Assembly: GCA_013112555.1 (NCBI GenBank)
Contig: JABFGK010000001.1
Span: 2,796,034 to 2,860,033 of the forward strand
Reading direction: 5' to 3'
Source of the DNA: Planctomycetota bacterium
GTDB taxonomy: Bacteria; Planctomycetota; Phycisphaerae; Phycisphaerales; UBA5793
DNA length: 64,000 nucleotides
Part shown: piece by piece, positions 26,940 through 36,958 of the stretch
How positions within the stretch are numbered: position 1 is the stretch's first letter
Layout of the letters: each line of letters begins with the position of its first letter
Notes under the pieces: model-generated
The model's input: the letters and a program-made list of their open reading frames with translations, nothing else
What the model was told of the DNA's origin: nothing
The model's database searches: none
Translations under genes and position numbers: made by a program

Positions 26940-29102
26940 ATGACGGTCATGACCGCCTGGGGTGCCGTCATAGCCCTGTCATGCGGGTCCTTCTCTGCGC
27001 AGGCCGCGCGCGCCCAGTCGCTGCCGCCGACGGAGAAGCAGGTCGTCGTTGACGACTACCACGGGCACACGGTAGAGGACCCCTACCGCTGGCTCGAAGG
27101 CGGCGCCCTGATTGAGAACGAAGCAGAGGCCGATGCGCTCGAGAAGAAGGTCGCCGGCTGGACCGATGCCCAGAATGCCTACACTCGTTCCATATTGGAC
27201 TCGCTGCCCGGCCGGGACACACTGTTTGCCCGGATCGAAGAGGTGATGACCGTCGAATCAATCGGCACGCCTCGGATGTATGGCAAGTACTACTTCTATT
27301 CGCGGCGGCAGGGCGATGAGAACCAGTCCCTGCTCTATGTCCGCGAGGGGCTCGACGGCGAGCCGCGGGTTCTGCTGAATCCGAACACGCTTGATGCGGA
27401 AGGCCTGACGTCACTCGACTGGACTGCACCGAACCATGACGGCACGCTGATGGCGTTCGGCCTGAGTTATGCCGGCAACGAAATCTCGACGCTGTACATT
27501 ATGGATGTCGCCACCGGCACATGGCTTGCCGACGAGATCCCGAACAACGCGCAAAGCGTATCCTGGCTGCCCGACTCCTCCGGCTTCCTCTATGAGTGGC
27601 GCCGTGATGTCGATGACCCGTACAGCGTGCAGATTCGCTTCCACACGGTGGGGCAACATTACCGGCAGGACCCGGTTCTGTTTGAGCAGTTCAACGAAAC
27701 CTGGGGGCCGGCTGCCTGGCTGAGCCGCGACGGCCGGTGGATGATCCTGCTGTACTGGACCGGCACCGATTCAAACGATGCATGGGTGATCGACTTCGAC
27801 CGCTGGCGCCGCACCGGTGAGTTTGTCCGCGAGACGATCGTCGAAGGTGAGCAGGCGACGTTTTCTCCCGGGGCCGTCAGCGGTGACTCGTTTTATATGC
27901 GCACGACGCTCGACGCCTCGAACGGCTGTGTGTACCGGGTAGATCTGAATACCCCCGGCCGCGATCACTGGACGCTCGTGATTCCGGAATCGCCTGATGG
28001 GGCAGTCTTGAGCAGCGTCAGTGATGCACGGGGCCTGCTGGTCGCTTCCTATGAGTACAAAGCGCACACGGTCATCAAGCGATATGACATGGACGGCAAT
28101 CCGATCGGCGAACTCGATCTGCCCGGCATCGGCAGCGCCTGGATTTCGACGAGCGATGACCGGACTGAGGCCTTTCTGAACTACTCAAGTTTCAATGAGC
28201 CGCCCACCATCTACCACGTTGATCTGGCCGACAACACTCGAACGCTCTGGGCCCGACCGAAGATACCGGTTGACCCATCCCTCGTGGAAGTCCGCCAGGT
28301 GTCTTATGAATCGAAGGACGGCGAGCCAATCACGATGTTCATCGTGCACAAGAAGGGGCTCGAACTCGACGGCACGAACCCGACGATCCTCACCGGCTAC
28401 GGCGGATTCAACATCTCCATGACACCCTGGTTTTCCAAGACCATGTTCCCGTGGTACGAAGCCGGCGGCGTGATGGCCATCCCGAACCTCCGGGGCGGCG
28501 GTGAGTACGGCCATGACTGGCATCAGGCCGGCATGCTCGAAAACAAGCAGAACGTCTTTGATGATTTCATTGCGGCGGCCGAATGGCTCATCGCCAACGG
28601 GTATACGAACACGTCGAAACTGGCCATCAGCGGCGGGTCGAACGGCGGCCTGCTTGTCGGGGCCGTCGCCATGCAGCGACCCGACCTGTTCAAGGCCGTC
28701 GTCTGTGCCGTGCCCCTGCTTGATATGCTCCGCTATCAGTATTTCCTGATGGCCCGCTACTGGGTCCCGGAGTACGGCAGTTCGGAGGATCCCGAGCAGT
28801 TTGACTTCCTCATTGACTATTCGCCGTACCAGAACATCAAACCGGATGTGGAGTACCCGTCGATCTTCTTCACAGCCGGTGAGAATGACGCCCGCGTGCA
28901 CCCGTGTCATGCCCGCAAGATGGCCGCGGCCCTGCAGAATCTCGACGCTGCCGACCCGGAGGATCGCCCGATCCTGCTGTGGGTCGATCGTGAAGCGGGG
29001 CACGGCGGGGGCAAGCCGATGCGCAACATTATCCGCGATATCGTCGACTCCCGCATCTACATCATGTGGCAACTCGGGATGCTGCCGGACGAGAATCACT
29101 GA
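26940..29102 (+). CDS. Prolyl oligopeptidase (S9A family), secreted
   Basis: ..VVVDDYHGHTVEDPYRWLE.. is the N-terminal signature. ..ISGGSNGGLLVGA.. is the catalytic Ser motif. ..DREAGHGGGKP is the His region. I chose the ATG at 26940 because it gives signal peptide MTVMTAWGAVIALSCGSFSAQAARA. Confidence 0.9.
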   Translation: MTVMTAWGAVIALSCGSFSAQAARAQSLPPTEKQVVVDDYHGHTVEDPYRWLEGGALIENEAEADALEKKVAGWTDAQNAYTRSILDSLPGRDTLFARIEEVMTVESIGTPRMYGKYYFYSRRQGDENQSLLYVREGLDGEPRVLLNPNTLDAEGLTSLDWTAPNHDGTLMAFGLSYAGNEISTLYIMDVATGTWLADEIPNNAQSVSWLPDSSGFLYEWRRDVDDPYSVQIRFHTVGQHYRQDPVLFEQFNETWGPAAWLSRDGRWMILLYWTGTDSNDAWVIDFDRWRRTGEFVRETIVEGEQATFSPGAVSGDSFYMRTTLDASNGCVYRVDLNTPGRDHWTLVIPESPDGAVLSSVSDARGLLVASYEYKAHTVIKRYDMDGNPIGELDLPGIGSAWISTSDDRTEAFLNYSSFNEPPTIYHVDLADNTRTLWARPKIPVDPSLVEVRQVSYESKDGEPITMFIVHKKGLELDGTNPTILTGYGGFNISMTPWFSKTMFPWYEAGGVMAIPNLRGGGEYGHDWHQAGMLENKQNVFDDFIAAAEWLIANGYTNTSKLAISGGSNGGLLVGAVAMQRPDLFKAVVCAVPLLDMLRYQYFLMARYWVPEYGSSEDPEQFDFLIDYSPYQNIKPDVEYPSIFFTAGENDARVHPCHARKMAAALQNLDAADPEDRPILLWVDREAGHGGGKPMRNIIRDIVDSRIYIMWQLGMLPDENH

Positions 29103-29133
29103 ACTGACGAGCATCGCGCGAATACGATGCTGC

Positions 29134-29901
29134 ATGACCACCACACAAACCATACAGACACTGCTCAGTCACCGCACCGTCCGACGATTCACCGATCAAC
29201 CGGTTCCTGATGCGCATATCCAACTGGCGATCGAAGCAGGCCAGCGTGCCTCGACCAGTTCAGCCGTCCAGGCCTACAGCATGATCCGCCTCACGGACCG
29301 TGCCAAACGGCAGACATTGGCGGAACTGTGCGGCAATCAGAAGCAGGTGGAGAAGGCTGGTGCGTTCTTTGTCATCTGTGCCGATACGCGACGCCACCGA
29401 TTGATCACCGAACGTGCCGATGCACCATACAACGCAGCACTCGAAGCGTTTATGGTGGCTGTGATTGATGCATCACTCTTTGCACAGAATGTCGTCGTTG
29501 CCTTCGAGTCACTTGGCTACGGCATCTGCTACATCGGCGCATTGCGAAACCAACTGCCTGCCGTTGATGAGTTGCTGAGTATCCCGCACGGCGTGTACCC
29601 GCTGTTCGGCCTGTGTGTCGGCATGGAGCAACGGAGCGAGGCCGGCGCATCCGATCCGATCATCGACACGATCCCGCGGCCGCGGCTGCCGAAGCAGGCG
29701 GTCTCGTTTGACAACCGGTACCCGTCCGACGCAGAGGTGCTCGGTTTCATTGATCAATATAATGTGCAATACGCCTCGTATCTGGAAGCGCGCGGGGCCA
29801 CGCCGCGAGGCTGGTCCGATGCCATCGGGACGAAGTTTACGAACGTGAGCCGCCCGGACCTGGCCACGTATTATCAAAGCAAGGGAGCGTGTCTCGAATA
29901 G
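29134..29901 (+). CDS. Oxygen-insensitive NADPH nitroreductase, NfsA-like
   Basis: MTTTQTIQTLLSHRTVRRFTDQPVPDAHIQLAIEAGQRASTSSAVQAYSMI... is a typical NfsA-family N-terminus. It is the in-frame internal start of ORF 28801..29901. Confidence 0.85.
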   Translation: MTTTQTIQTLLSHRTVRRFTDQPVPDAHIQLAIEAGQRASTSSAVQAYSMIRLTDRAKRQTLAELCGNQKQVEKAGAFFVICADTRRHRLITERADAPYNAALEAFMVAVIDASLFAQNVVVAFESLGYGICYIGALRNQLPAVDELLSIPHGVYPLFGLCVGMEQRSEAGASDPIIDTIPRPRLPKQAVSFDNRYPSDAEVLGFIDQYNVQYASYLEARGATPRGWSDAIGTKFTNVSRPDLATYYQSKGACLE

Positions 29902-29920
29902 GAAGCGGGATCAAGAAGTA

Positions 29921-30078
29921 GTAGGTCAGGTTGAACCCTGACCTTGACGAACAGCCTGACCTGGCGGGGAGAGCAACGAAAAGTCTGCCGGTGTTTGTGA
30001 AGTGCGATCACCGCCCTGCCGAGGCCGGCCCCTCCAAGTTGATTCAGGGTAAAACGGTCAGGTTTCAACCTGACCTAC
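29921..30078. mobile_element. MITE-like 158-bp element with ~24-nt terminal inverted repeats
   Basis: The left end is gtaggtcaggttgaaccctgacc and the right end is ggtcaggtttcaacctgacctac, its reverse complement with 1-2 mismatches. Each end is itself a hairpin related to the GTAGGTCAGGAC family. Confidence 0.6.
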
Positions 30079-30146
30079 CTCGGAGTCGTCGGACACGCTT
30101 CGACTCACTATCATGCAGAGCGAGAGTATGGAGCGGTATACATGCC

Positions 30147-31659
30147 ATGACCTATCAACTCAGCAATACACCGTCTGATGAACTCAGCCTGCTGTGGCGT
30201 TCAGGCCACGGCCTGATTGTGATCGAGACGCCGGAGGAACGCCGGGCATTGCAGACGGTGCTTGATGCGGCAGCAGACCGAGGCTGCTTCGGCTGGTCCT
30301 GCATCCAGGGGCTCGTCCGTCTTGATCAAGAGGACGCGCGGGCCGACGCCCAGCAGACGGCCGGCCCGGTCAATGCGGCAGCGCCTCTCGCACGTCTCCG
30401 GTCCCTGGGTGGCGGTCTTTGTGGATCTGCATGAACACTTGAAGGAACACGAAGTCAAACGCGCCCTGCGCGAGGCCGCTGATCGAGCAGGCCGAAACGG
30501 CGGCTGCATCGTACTCATCAGCCCGGTCATCGAACTGCCACGCGAACTCGAACCGCTTGCCGTCCACTACACGCTTCCGCTCCCATCGGCGGACGACCAT
30601 TCCCGCACAATCCGCCGCGTATACACAAGGCTCGCGTTAAACACTCCCGAACTCGAAGCACAACTGTCGCAAGCCGAACTCGACCGCATGACCGAAGCGC
30701 TGATCGGCTTTACCGAAGACGAAGCCGAACGGCTCATTACACAGGTCATCCTTCGTGACGGCCGACTCGATATTCATGATCTCGAAGAGGTCCGCGAATT
30801 CAAGAGACGGGCGGCGTCGAACCGGGGCCTGCTGGAAACACTCGTCGTCAGTGAGAACCTCGACAGTATCGGCGGGCTCGATCGCCTCAAGGAATGGCTC
30901 CGGCAGCGACGTAATACATTCGGGAAGAGCGCGCGCGAGTTCGGGCTCGAACCGCCAAAGGGAATGCTGCTGCTCGGCGTGCAGGGCTGCGGCAAAAGCC
31001 TGTGTGCGAAAGTGGTGTCCGGCGAGTGGCGCCGCCCACTGCTTCGGCTCGATATCGGAGCCCTGTATAACAAGTTCGTCGGTGCCACCGAGGCGAACCT
31101 GCGCGAGTCGCTGCGCCAAGCCGAGGCATCCGCGCCGTGTGTTCTCTGGATTGATGAAATCGAGAAGGCCTTTGCGTCAACCGGGGGGGGCAGTGATGCC
31201 GATGGCGGGGTCAGCCAGCGCCTGTTTGCCACACTCCTGTCATGGATGAACGATCGTACCTCCGATGTCTTCATGGCAGCGACTGCGAATGACATCACAC
31301 GCCTTCCGCCGGAGTTAATGCGCAAAGGGCGGTTCGACGAGATCTTCTTTGTTGACCTGCCGCCGTATGAAGCACGTACAAAGATCTTTGATATCCACCT
31401 GACCAAGCGTCGCCGCGATCCAAAGACATTTGATACCGAGAAGCTCGCGCAGGCAAGCGAGGGCTACAGCGGCGCTGAAATCGAACAGGCCATCGTCAGC
31501 GCCCTGTATGATGCATTTGATGCGAACGCCGAGCTGAATACGGAGCACGTCATCGGGGCATTGGCTCGCTCGTCGCCGATGTCAGTTGTGATGGCAGAGC
31601 GTATTGAATCGCTGCGCCGCTGGGCACAACAGCGCTGCGTCATGGCCCATGCGACCTGA
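30147..31659 (+). CDS. AAA+ ATPase, Ycf46-like, interrupted by a frame change around 30370-30410
   Basis: N-terminus MTYQLSNTPSDELSLLWRSGHGLIVIETPEERRALQ (frame of ORF 29931..30434) continues as ..VAVFVDLHEHLK.. in ORF 30262..31659. Walker A is GVQGCGKS, Walker B is VLWIDEIEKAF, and the AAA lid is ..GYSGAEIEQ. Confidence 0.85.
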
Positions 31660-31677
31660 TGCAATGCCGTGCCGTCT

Positions 31678-32700
31678 TCAGATCTGGCGGTTCCGCGCAC
31701 GGACGATCAGGAACACGGAGCCGAGCACGATGACTGAGGCAAGCCAGGGCAGCAGGTAGAAGCCGGCCCGAAACAACAGAATGCCGGCCGCCCCCTGCTC
31801 CTGTTCCACGCCGAGTATGTCAAAGCCCTTGAACCAGACTGCATCAGCCGAGCCCAGCCCGCCCGGGATCATGCTCGCAACACCACAGGCATACCCGGTC
31901 AGAACCGTTCGTGCAGATTCCAATGGCCCGATGACGACCCCGCCGGCCCGGATCAGCATCTGAAAGCACAGCAGCACCAATCCCCACTCGATGAACGAGA
32001 TCACGCCGAGGCGAACCACCGGGATCCCATCCAACTCACCGCCATATCGGTTCTTTCTGAGCAGCGGGATGACGATGCTGCGGCCGGCTATCGTACACGC
32101 CACCGAACCGACCAGGGCGATCGCGGCCCGCATCACATACCCGGGCACGGTCTGCGGCCCCGGGAACCACGCAGCCAGCTGCCAGGCCACAAAGCCGGAT
32201 GACAACCCCAGGTACAATCCAACCAGGCCGCGCGTGATCTCTGCACCGGTCAGGCCATACTTCCGATACGCCAGCAGCCGCAGGGCCGGCCCACCCATCG
32301 GGCCGACCGCAATGAAGTTCGTCCAGCCGAACAGAATCGACCCGAGCAGCCACCGATGCCGGAAACCCAGGACGCCGGCCTGCCCCTTCGGGAATGCCAC
32401 CCCGTCATACAGCCCAGCCACGACGAGTGCCACAAACGCGCTGAGCACCCCGTAGACGATTGAGTGCCCGTCAGCGCCGACCAACGCTTCCCGCACCCCG
32501 CCAAGATCGAGTGACCGAATCTCGTGCCACACGAGCCAGACGACGGCCACGGGAATGCCGATCTGCAACACGCGCTTGCCCCACCGCCACCAGCCGGGCT
32601 TACGGGGTCTCACTGCTTCGATATCACCCGCACCGTCATTCACGACAATCACCGAACCTGATCCGGGATAAGGAGGTACAACGCTGAAAACAGGGGGCAT
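31678..32700 (-). CDS. UPF0104 / lysyl-phosphatidylglycerol-synthase-TM-region-like integral membrane protein
   Basis: Polytopic hydrophobic ORF with ..WRWGKRVLQIGIPVAVVWLVWHEIRSLDLGGVREAL.., typical of the family. I chose the ATG at 32700 to avoid a 70-nt overlap with the divergent gene. Confidence 0.65.
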   Translation of the reverse strand: MPPVFSVVPPYPGSGSVIVVNDGAGDIEAVRPRKPGWWRWGKRVLQIGIPVAVVWLVWHEIRSLDLGGVREALVGADGHSIVYGVLSAFVALVVAGLYDGVAFPKGQAGVLGFRHRWLLGSILFGWTNFIAVGPMGGPALRLLAYRKYGLTGAEITRGLVGLYLGLSSGFVAWQLAAWFPGPQTVPGYVMRAAIALVGSVACTIAGRSIVIPLLRKNRYGGELDGIPVVRLGVISFIEWGLVLLCFQMLIRAGGVVIGPLESARTVLTGYACGVASMIPGGLGSADAVWFKGFDILGVEQEQGAAGILLFRAGFYLLPWLASVIVLGSVFLIVRARNRQI

Positions 32701-32785
32701 AATACGGACCCAGCCTCCACGCCTGCCGCCGAAAATCGAGGACACGGCCAAAACACTGATCTCAGTCACATCAGGCATCAAGCCC

Positions 32786-33304
32786 ATGTCACCCAACCCC
32801 TCAGCACCAATCACGTTCACCGAACTGCCCGACGGCTCGACGGAACTGGTCGCCACTCAGACCGTCGCCCTGCCGTTGGATCAGGTCTTCCCGTTCTTTG
32901 CCGATGCGCAGAATCTCGAAGCCTTGACACCCCCCTGGCTTCATTTCCGCATTGTCACACCCACTCCAATCGACATGCGCCCCGGCACGCTCATCGACTA
33001 CCGCCTGCGCGTCCACGGCCTGCCGCTGCGCTGGCAATCGGAAATCACTGCCTGGGATCCCCCCCACCGCTTCTGCGATGAACAACGTCGCGGCCCGTAC
33101 CGACTCTGGAAACACACGCACGAATTCACCGAAGAACAGTCAGAAGAACGTCTGCGCGTGACCCACATGACCGACCGGGTCATCTATGCCGTCCCCGGCG
33201 GTCGGCTCGTTGATCGGCTGTTCGTCCGCCGCGATCTGAAGCGCATCTTCGGTCACCGGCAGCAGGCGCTGACGAGACTGCTGGCTGATCAGTCATCTGC
33301 CTGA
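32786..33304 (+). CDS. SRPBCC-superfamily protein (COG4276-like ligand-binding domain)
   Basis: 172 aa with ..VFPFFADAQNLEALTPPWLHFRIVTPTPIDMRPGTLIDYRLRVHGLPLRWQSEITAWDPPHRFCDEQRRGPYRLWKHTHEF... Confidence 0.75.
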   Translation: MSPNPSAPITFTELPDGSTELVATQTVALPLDQVFPFFADAQNLEALTPPWLHFRIVTPTPIDMRPGTLIDYRLRVHGLPLRWQSEITAWDPPHRFCDEQRRGPYRLWKHTHEFTEEQSEERLRVTHMTDRVIYAVPGGRLVDRLFVRRDLKRIFGHRQQALTRLLADQSSA

Positions 33305-34116
33305 CCCGGGCGACCGGCTTCGACTGCGAGTCGATGCAAGTACAGGTGATATGCCATTGAATACGCAAGTGCTGCCAGTGCCGCCCCGGTGCAGAATCCG
33401 ATCACGCCGCTCGATACCGATGCGTGTGGTACAAGCCGGCCACCCATCCGAACTCGCATCAGCAATATGCTCACCAGTGCCAGACCGCATGCGCTCAATA
33501 CAATGAATGCGATCACTGTCACGCTCACCTTGACCGGTAGAGCATCAGTACCGGTGCCAGTGCGCTGCTGCCGCCTGGCCCATGCCCATACGAGCCAGGC
33601 GAGCCCTGCCAGCCCGAACAGACCGCTTGCTGCCTGGAGCATCATGTAGACTGGGACGTCAAGACTCACACCGACAATCGGCACACTGGTTTGCAGCACC
33701 GGCAACTGCTGTACCATCAGGCCGTATGAATGGGTAAATGCATCCCAACCGAAATGCGTTGCCATCCCGGCCAGAATCGCCAATATCGACATGATGAACG
33801 TCACGGGACGGTGCACTTGTAGCATCGATTCCTCATCGAGGGCCTGTGCCAGATGTGACCACCGCCCCGGGATCAGCTTGATCATCGGGCGACGCATGAC
33901 GTACTGCCAGACGATCAGTATTAACATGGACAGTGGCAGGTTGAACATCAGCAAGCCGACGGCAGTGTCTGCATACGTAGCGGCCGGCCGAAGGCGAATG
34001 AAAAACTCGAAATCCGGGGCCATGCAACCGATTGCAACGGCAGACAACGGAAGCCGCCCGCGTGTCAACTGAGCCATCGGTGGCGCCAGCACCGCATGGG
34101 ATATCGTAAACGGCAT
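33289..34116 (-). CDS. DUF4184-family membrane protein
   Basis: MPFTISHAVLAPPMA... is the characteristic DUF4184 N-terminus. It has several TM helices and ..HFGWDAFTH... Its 3' end overlaps the convergent SRPBCC gene by 16 nt. Confidence 0.7.
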   Translation of the reverse strand: MPFTISHAVLAPPMAQLTRGRLPLSAVAIGCMAPDFEFFIRLRPAATYADTAVGLLMFNLPLSMLILIVWQYVMRRPMIKLIPGRWSHLAQALDEESMLQVHRPVTFIMSILAILAGMATHFGWDAFTHSYGLMVQQLPVLQTSVPIVGVSLDVPVYMMLQAASGLFGLAGLAWLVWAWARRQQRTGTGTDALPVKVSVTVIAFIVLSACGLALVSILLMRVRMGGRLVPHASVSSGVIGFCTGAALAALAYSMAYHLYLHRLAVEAGRPGQADD

Positions 34117-34130
34117 GGACTACGACTCGC

Positions 34131-35135
34131 TCACTCGACCGCCGGCCGCCAGTCTCGATCCGGCTCAGGCCGATTGCTCAGCACGCCTTCGATCGTCTCC
34201 ATGACATCATCCGTCAACTGCTCGGCAACCGCCAGGGCCTTCATGTTCTCGACGACCTGCTCAGCCCGGGATGCGCCTGTGATGACCGTGCTGACATGGG
34301 GATTTTTGAGACACCACGCCAGCGCCATCTGGGCCATGGTGCAGCCGAGTTCGCTTGCAATCGGGGCCAGTTGCTTGACCTTCTCGATCCGCTGCCGCCC
34401 TTCCTCGCTCTCGACGGCCTCGCGCAGCCACTCGTACCCCGGAAGATCGAGTCGGGTGCCCTTCGGGATGCCATCGTTGTACTTGCCGGTGAGCAAGCCG
34501 CTGGCCAGCGGGCTCCAGATGGTGGTGCCGAGCCCGACGTCGTCATACAGCCGAGCATATTCGCGCTCAAATCGGTCGCGGTGAAACATGTTGTACTGCG
34601 GCTGCTCCATCGTCGGCGGGATCAGGTGTTCCCGCCTGGCAATCTCGTAGGCCTGCCGAATCTGCTCGGCACTCCACTCGCTCGTGCCCCAGTAAAACGC
34701 CTTGCCCTGGGTGATGAGTGATGACATCGCCTGCACGGTCTCCTCCATCGGCGTGTGGAGGTCCGGCCGATGGCAGAAGATGAGGTCGACGTAGTCGAGT
34801 TGCATTCGTTGCAGCGAGGCATCCATGCCCTCGCAGATGTGCTTGCGGGACAGGCCGGCATCGTTCGGGCCCTTGCCGCCCCAGAAGAGTTTGGTGGAGA
34901 CGACGATATCCGATCGTTTCCAGTCAACCCGCTTGAGCACGGCACCCATGATGGTTTCAGCCTGGCCGCGGGCGTACACCTCTGCGTTGTCGAAGAAGTT
35001 GACGCCGGCTTCATACGCTGCCGTCATGCACTCGGTGGCCAGATCTGCATTCATCTGTTCGCCGAACGTCACCCACGCCCCGAATGAGAGGGCAGACACT
35101 TTCAACCCTGACGATCCCAGATACCGGTATTCCAC
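34131..35135 (-). CDS. Aldo/keto reductase, Kv-beta-subunit-like
   Basis: [25 protein letters not shown]...[12 protein letters not shown]...[13 protein letters not shown] are typical AKR motifs. Confidence 0.9.
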   Translation of the reverse strand: MEYRYLGSSGLKVSALSFGAWVTFGEQMNADLATECMTAAYEAGVNFFDNAEVYARGQAETIMGAVLKRVDWKRSDIVVSTKLFWGGKGPNDAGLSRKHICEGMDASLQRMQLDYVDLIFCHRPDLHTPMEETVQAMSSLITQGKAFYWGTSEWSAEQIRQAYEIARREHLIPPTMEQPQYNMFHRDRFEREYARLYDDVGLGTTIWSPLASGLLTGKYNDGIPKGTRLDLPGYEWLREAVESEEGRQRIEKVKQLAPIASELGCTMAQMALAWCLKNPHVSTVITGASRAEQVVENMKALAVAEQLTDDVMETIEGVLSNRPEPDRDWRPAVE

Positions 35136-35280
35136 GCCGCTCGCCCCTTTCGCTTACGGATTCGATGATTCTTCCTATGCCGCCGGTCACGCTCGTCGCG
35201 TGACACGGATTCACGGATACGGTGCATTGTACCGTGCGTGTTGTCGTGGGGGCGCGTCCATCTGGAACCCGTGTCTTCTC

Positions 35281-35318
35281 CCCTCTCCCACTGGGAGAGA
35301 GGGGCCGGGGGTGAGGGC
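35281..35318 (+). repeat. 38-nt palindrome-containing repeat, copy 1 (ccctctcccactgggagagaggggccgggggtgagggc)
   Basis: An identical 38-mer lies at 36921-36958 in the same orientation. The core ctctcccactgggagag is a hairpin. Confidence 0.95.
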
Positions 35319-35328
35319 GTTCACCGCT

Positions 35329-35354
35329 GGCAGTAGGAATTAATTCCTACTGCC
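35329..35354. repeat. Perfect 26-bp palindrome GGCAGTAGGAATT|AATTCCTACTGCC
   Basis: Read directly from the sequence. It has 13-bp arms and no spacer, and lies in the spacer between the HAF paralog (stop 35483) and the AKR gene (start 35135). Confidence 0.9.
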
Positions 35355-35427
35355 TGACAAGACATGGAGTAGTAGTAGGTCAGGACGAGGCACGAGTCCT
35401 GACACGGTATGGAGTCAGTAACTGCGT

Positions 35428-35466
35428 GCCGGTGGGCTTTCGCGAGGAACGCTCACCCCACCCTAC
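35428..35466. repeat. 39-nt conserved element downstream of the HAF genes, copy 2
   Basis: Identical to 11994-12032. It is followed (on the minus strand) by hairpin gtcaggac..gtcctgac at 35375-35403, as at the first locus. Confidence 0.9.
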
Positions 35467-35482
35467 ATTCCAATGCACCCAC

Positions 35483-36883
35483 TCACTCAAACTTCTGCAC
35501 CACTAGGTTGCTGATGGCGCACTCGCCTGGAATCACCGCCTGGAACAGCAGCCACTGCCCGCTCATTTTGCCCGGCACCATGCCTTCCAACGTCGCGACG
35601 CCATCGGCATCGGCGCTGGCCGTCCCAGCCACTTTTGCATTTTCAATCTGCAGTGCGTTCTTTGTGACATCACAGCCCGGAATGAGCGTGCCGCCACTGT
35701 GTGAACTGTAAGTGAAATATACCTTGGTGCCCGGCTCTATATTGCTTGCGGCAATGGTATTCACCTGGCCGGCAATCCCCGGCACAGCCAGACCAAGATC
35801 AAACGATGGGTACACCGGTGACATCAGGAACGCCTGCGACTCCATCCAGTCGTTGTTCTTATAGTTCCCGGTTCCTGCGATCTGGCCCAGATCATTGATG
35901 TCGTTGCCATATCGCAGACGCCAATGTGACTTCGGAGGCAGCAGTTTGCCCAGCAAGACCTGTCCGTGTTCCAGATCCCAGTAACACGCATCAGTGGTCC
36001 ATGCTGTGGAGCCGATCCAACCAACCACCTGCGTCAGGTTGTTCAGCACACTCGCAGCGCTCGCATCATAGTTGCCAAACCTCTCCTCCAGGTTGTACCA
36101 GGTTCCATTGTCCCAAAGGAATGCATGACTGTTCTTCTGCCCTACGACCTGGCCCAGTTCATTAATCCCTTCAGGATATGTAGTCTGCGCTCCGCCTCCC
36201 ATGTCAGTGGTTGACCCATCAGCCTCCCAAATGACGGCAGCCCAACCACGACTATCGTCTGTTGTTGACCACCCGATCACTTGCCCGAGGTTATTGAGGT
36301 TGAACGCCTGGGAGAGCCCTGACGGTATCAATGGATCAAGTATGCGAAACTCACCGTCCTCCCACATGAAGCCACGCGACTTCCAGTCCTCGTCAATCCA
36401 TATAGCAGAAGTTCCTGCCACTTGGCCGACGTTGTTTATTCCCCATGCCTCACAGTTATCATAACCAAGCGTGCCCATATCGTACATGATTCCATCCTGC
36501 CAGAGGAAGGCATGCTTTTCCCCCTGTGTATCGGTGCTTGAAACGCCGACAATGTGTCCGAGGTCGTTCACATCGCGCGCACGGCTGAAGCTACCATCGG
36601 CACCCAATGTGCCAAGGTCCTGCATCTTGCCGTTGCGCCAGGCAAAAGCATGGAGATGTCCTTCGGCAGTGTATGACGAACCGACGACTTCGCCGAGGTT
36701 GTTCATCCCCCAGGCCCATGATACACTATTGCCAAAATCGCCAAGATAGAGTACGGCATAGGAGTTGTCCTGCCAGAGTTGCCCGTGGGCGTGGCCGGTG
36801 CAGACCGAGCCGATAGCCAAGGCCAGACAGACAGCTACAGCAAGTCGCGCCGCAGATGCTTCACACCAATGGCAGTTGTTCAT
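35483..36883 (-). CDS. Secreted HAF-repeat protein (TIGR03803-like)
   Basis: The signal-like N-terminus is MNNCHWCEASAARLAVAVCLALAIGSVCTGHAHG. Repeats include ..MNNLGEVVGSSYTAEGHLHAFAWRNGKMQDLGTLG.. and ..VNDLGHIVGVSSTDTQGEKHAFLWQDGIMYDMGTLG... The C-terminal ~115 aa are paralogous to 12052..12399. Confidence 0.85.
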   Translation of the reverse strand: MNNCHWCEASAARLAVAVCLALAIGSVCTGHAHGQLWQDNSYAVLYLGDFGNSVSWAWGMNNLGEVVGSSYTAEGHLHAFAWRNGKMQDLGTLGADGSFSRARDVNDLGHIVGVSSTDTQGEKHAFLWQDGIMYDMGTLGYDNCEAWGINNVGQVAGTSAIWIDEDWKSRGFMWEDGEFRILDPLIPSGLSQAFNLNNLGQVIGWSTTDDSRGWAAVIWEADGSTTDMGGGAQTTYPEGINELGQVVGQKNSHAFLWDNGTWYNLEERFGNYDASAASVLNNLTQVVGWIGSTAWTTDACYWDLEHGQVLLGKLLPPKSHWRLRYGNDINDLGQIAGTGNYKNNDWMESQAFLMSPVYPSFDLGLAVPGIAGQVNTIAASNIEPGTKVYFTYSSHSGGTLIPGCDVTKNALQIENAKVAGTASADADGVATLEGMVPGKMSGQWLLFQAVIPGECAISNLVVQKFE

Positions 36884-36920
36884 TGTTAAACTCTCCACTC
36901 GCATCAGTTGCCTCCTTCCA

Positions 36921-36958
36921 CCCTCTCCCACTGGGAGAGAGGGGCCGGGGGTGAGGGC
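36921..36958 (+). repeat. 38-nt palindrome-containing repeat, copy 2
   Basis: Identical to 35281-35318. It lies about 40 nt upstream of the HAF gene start. Confidence 0.95.
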
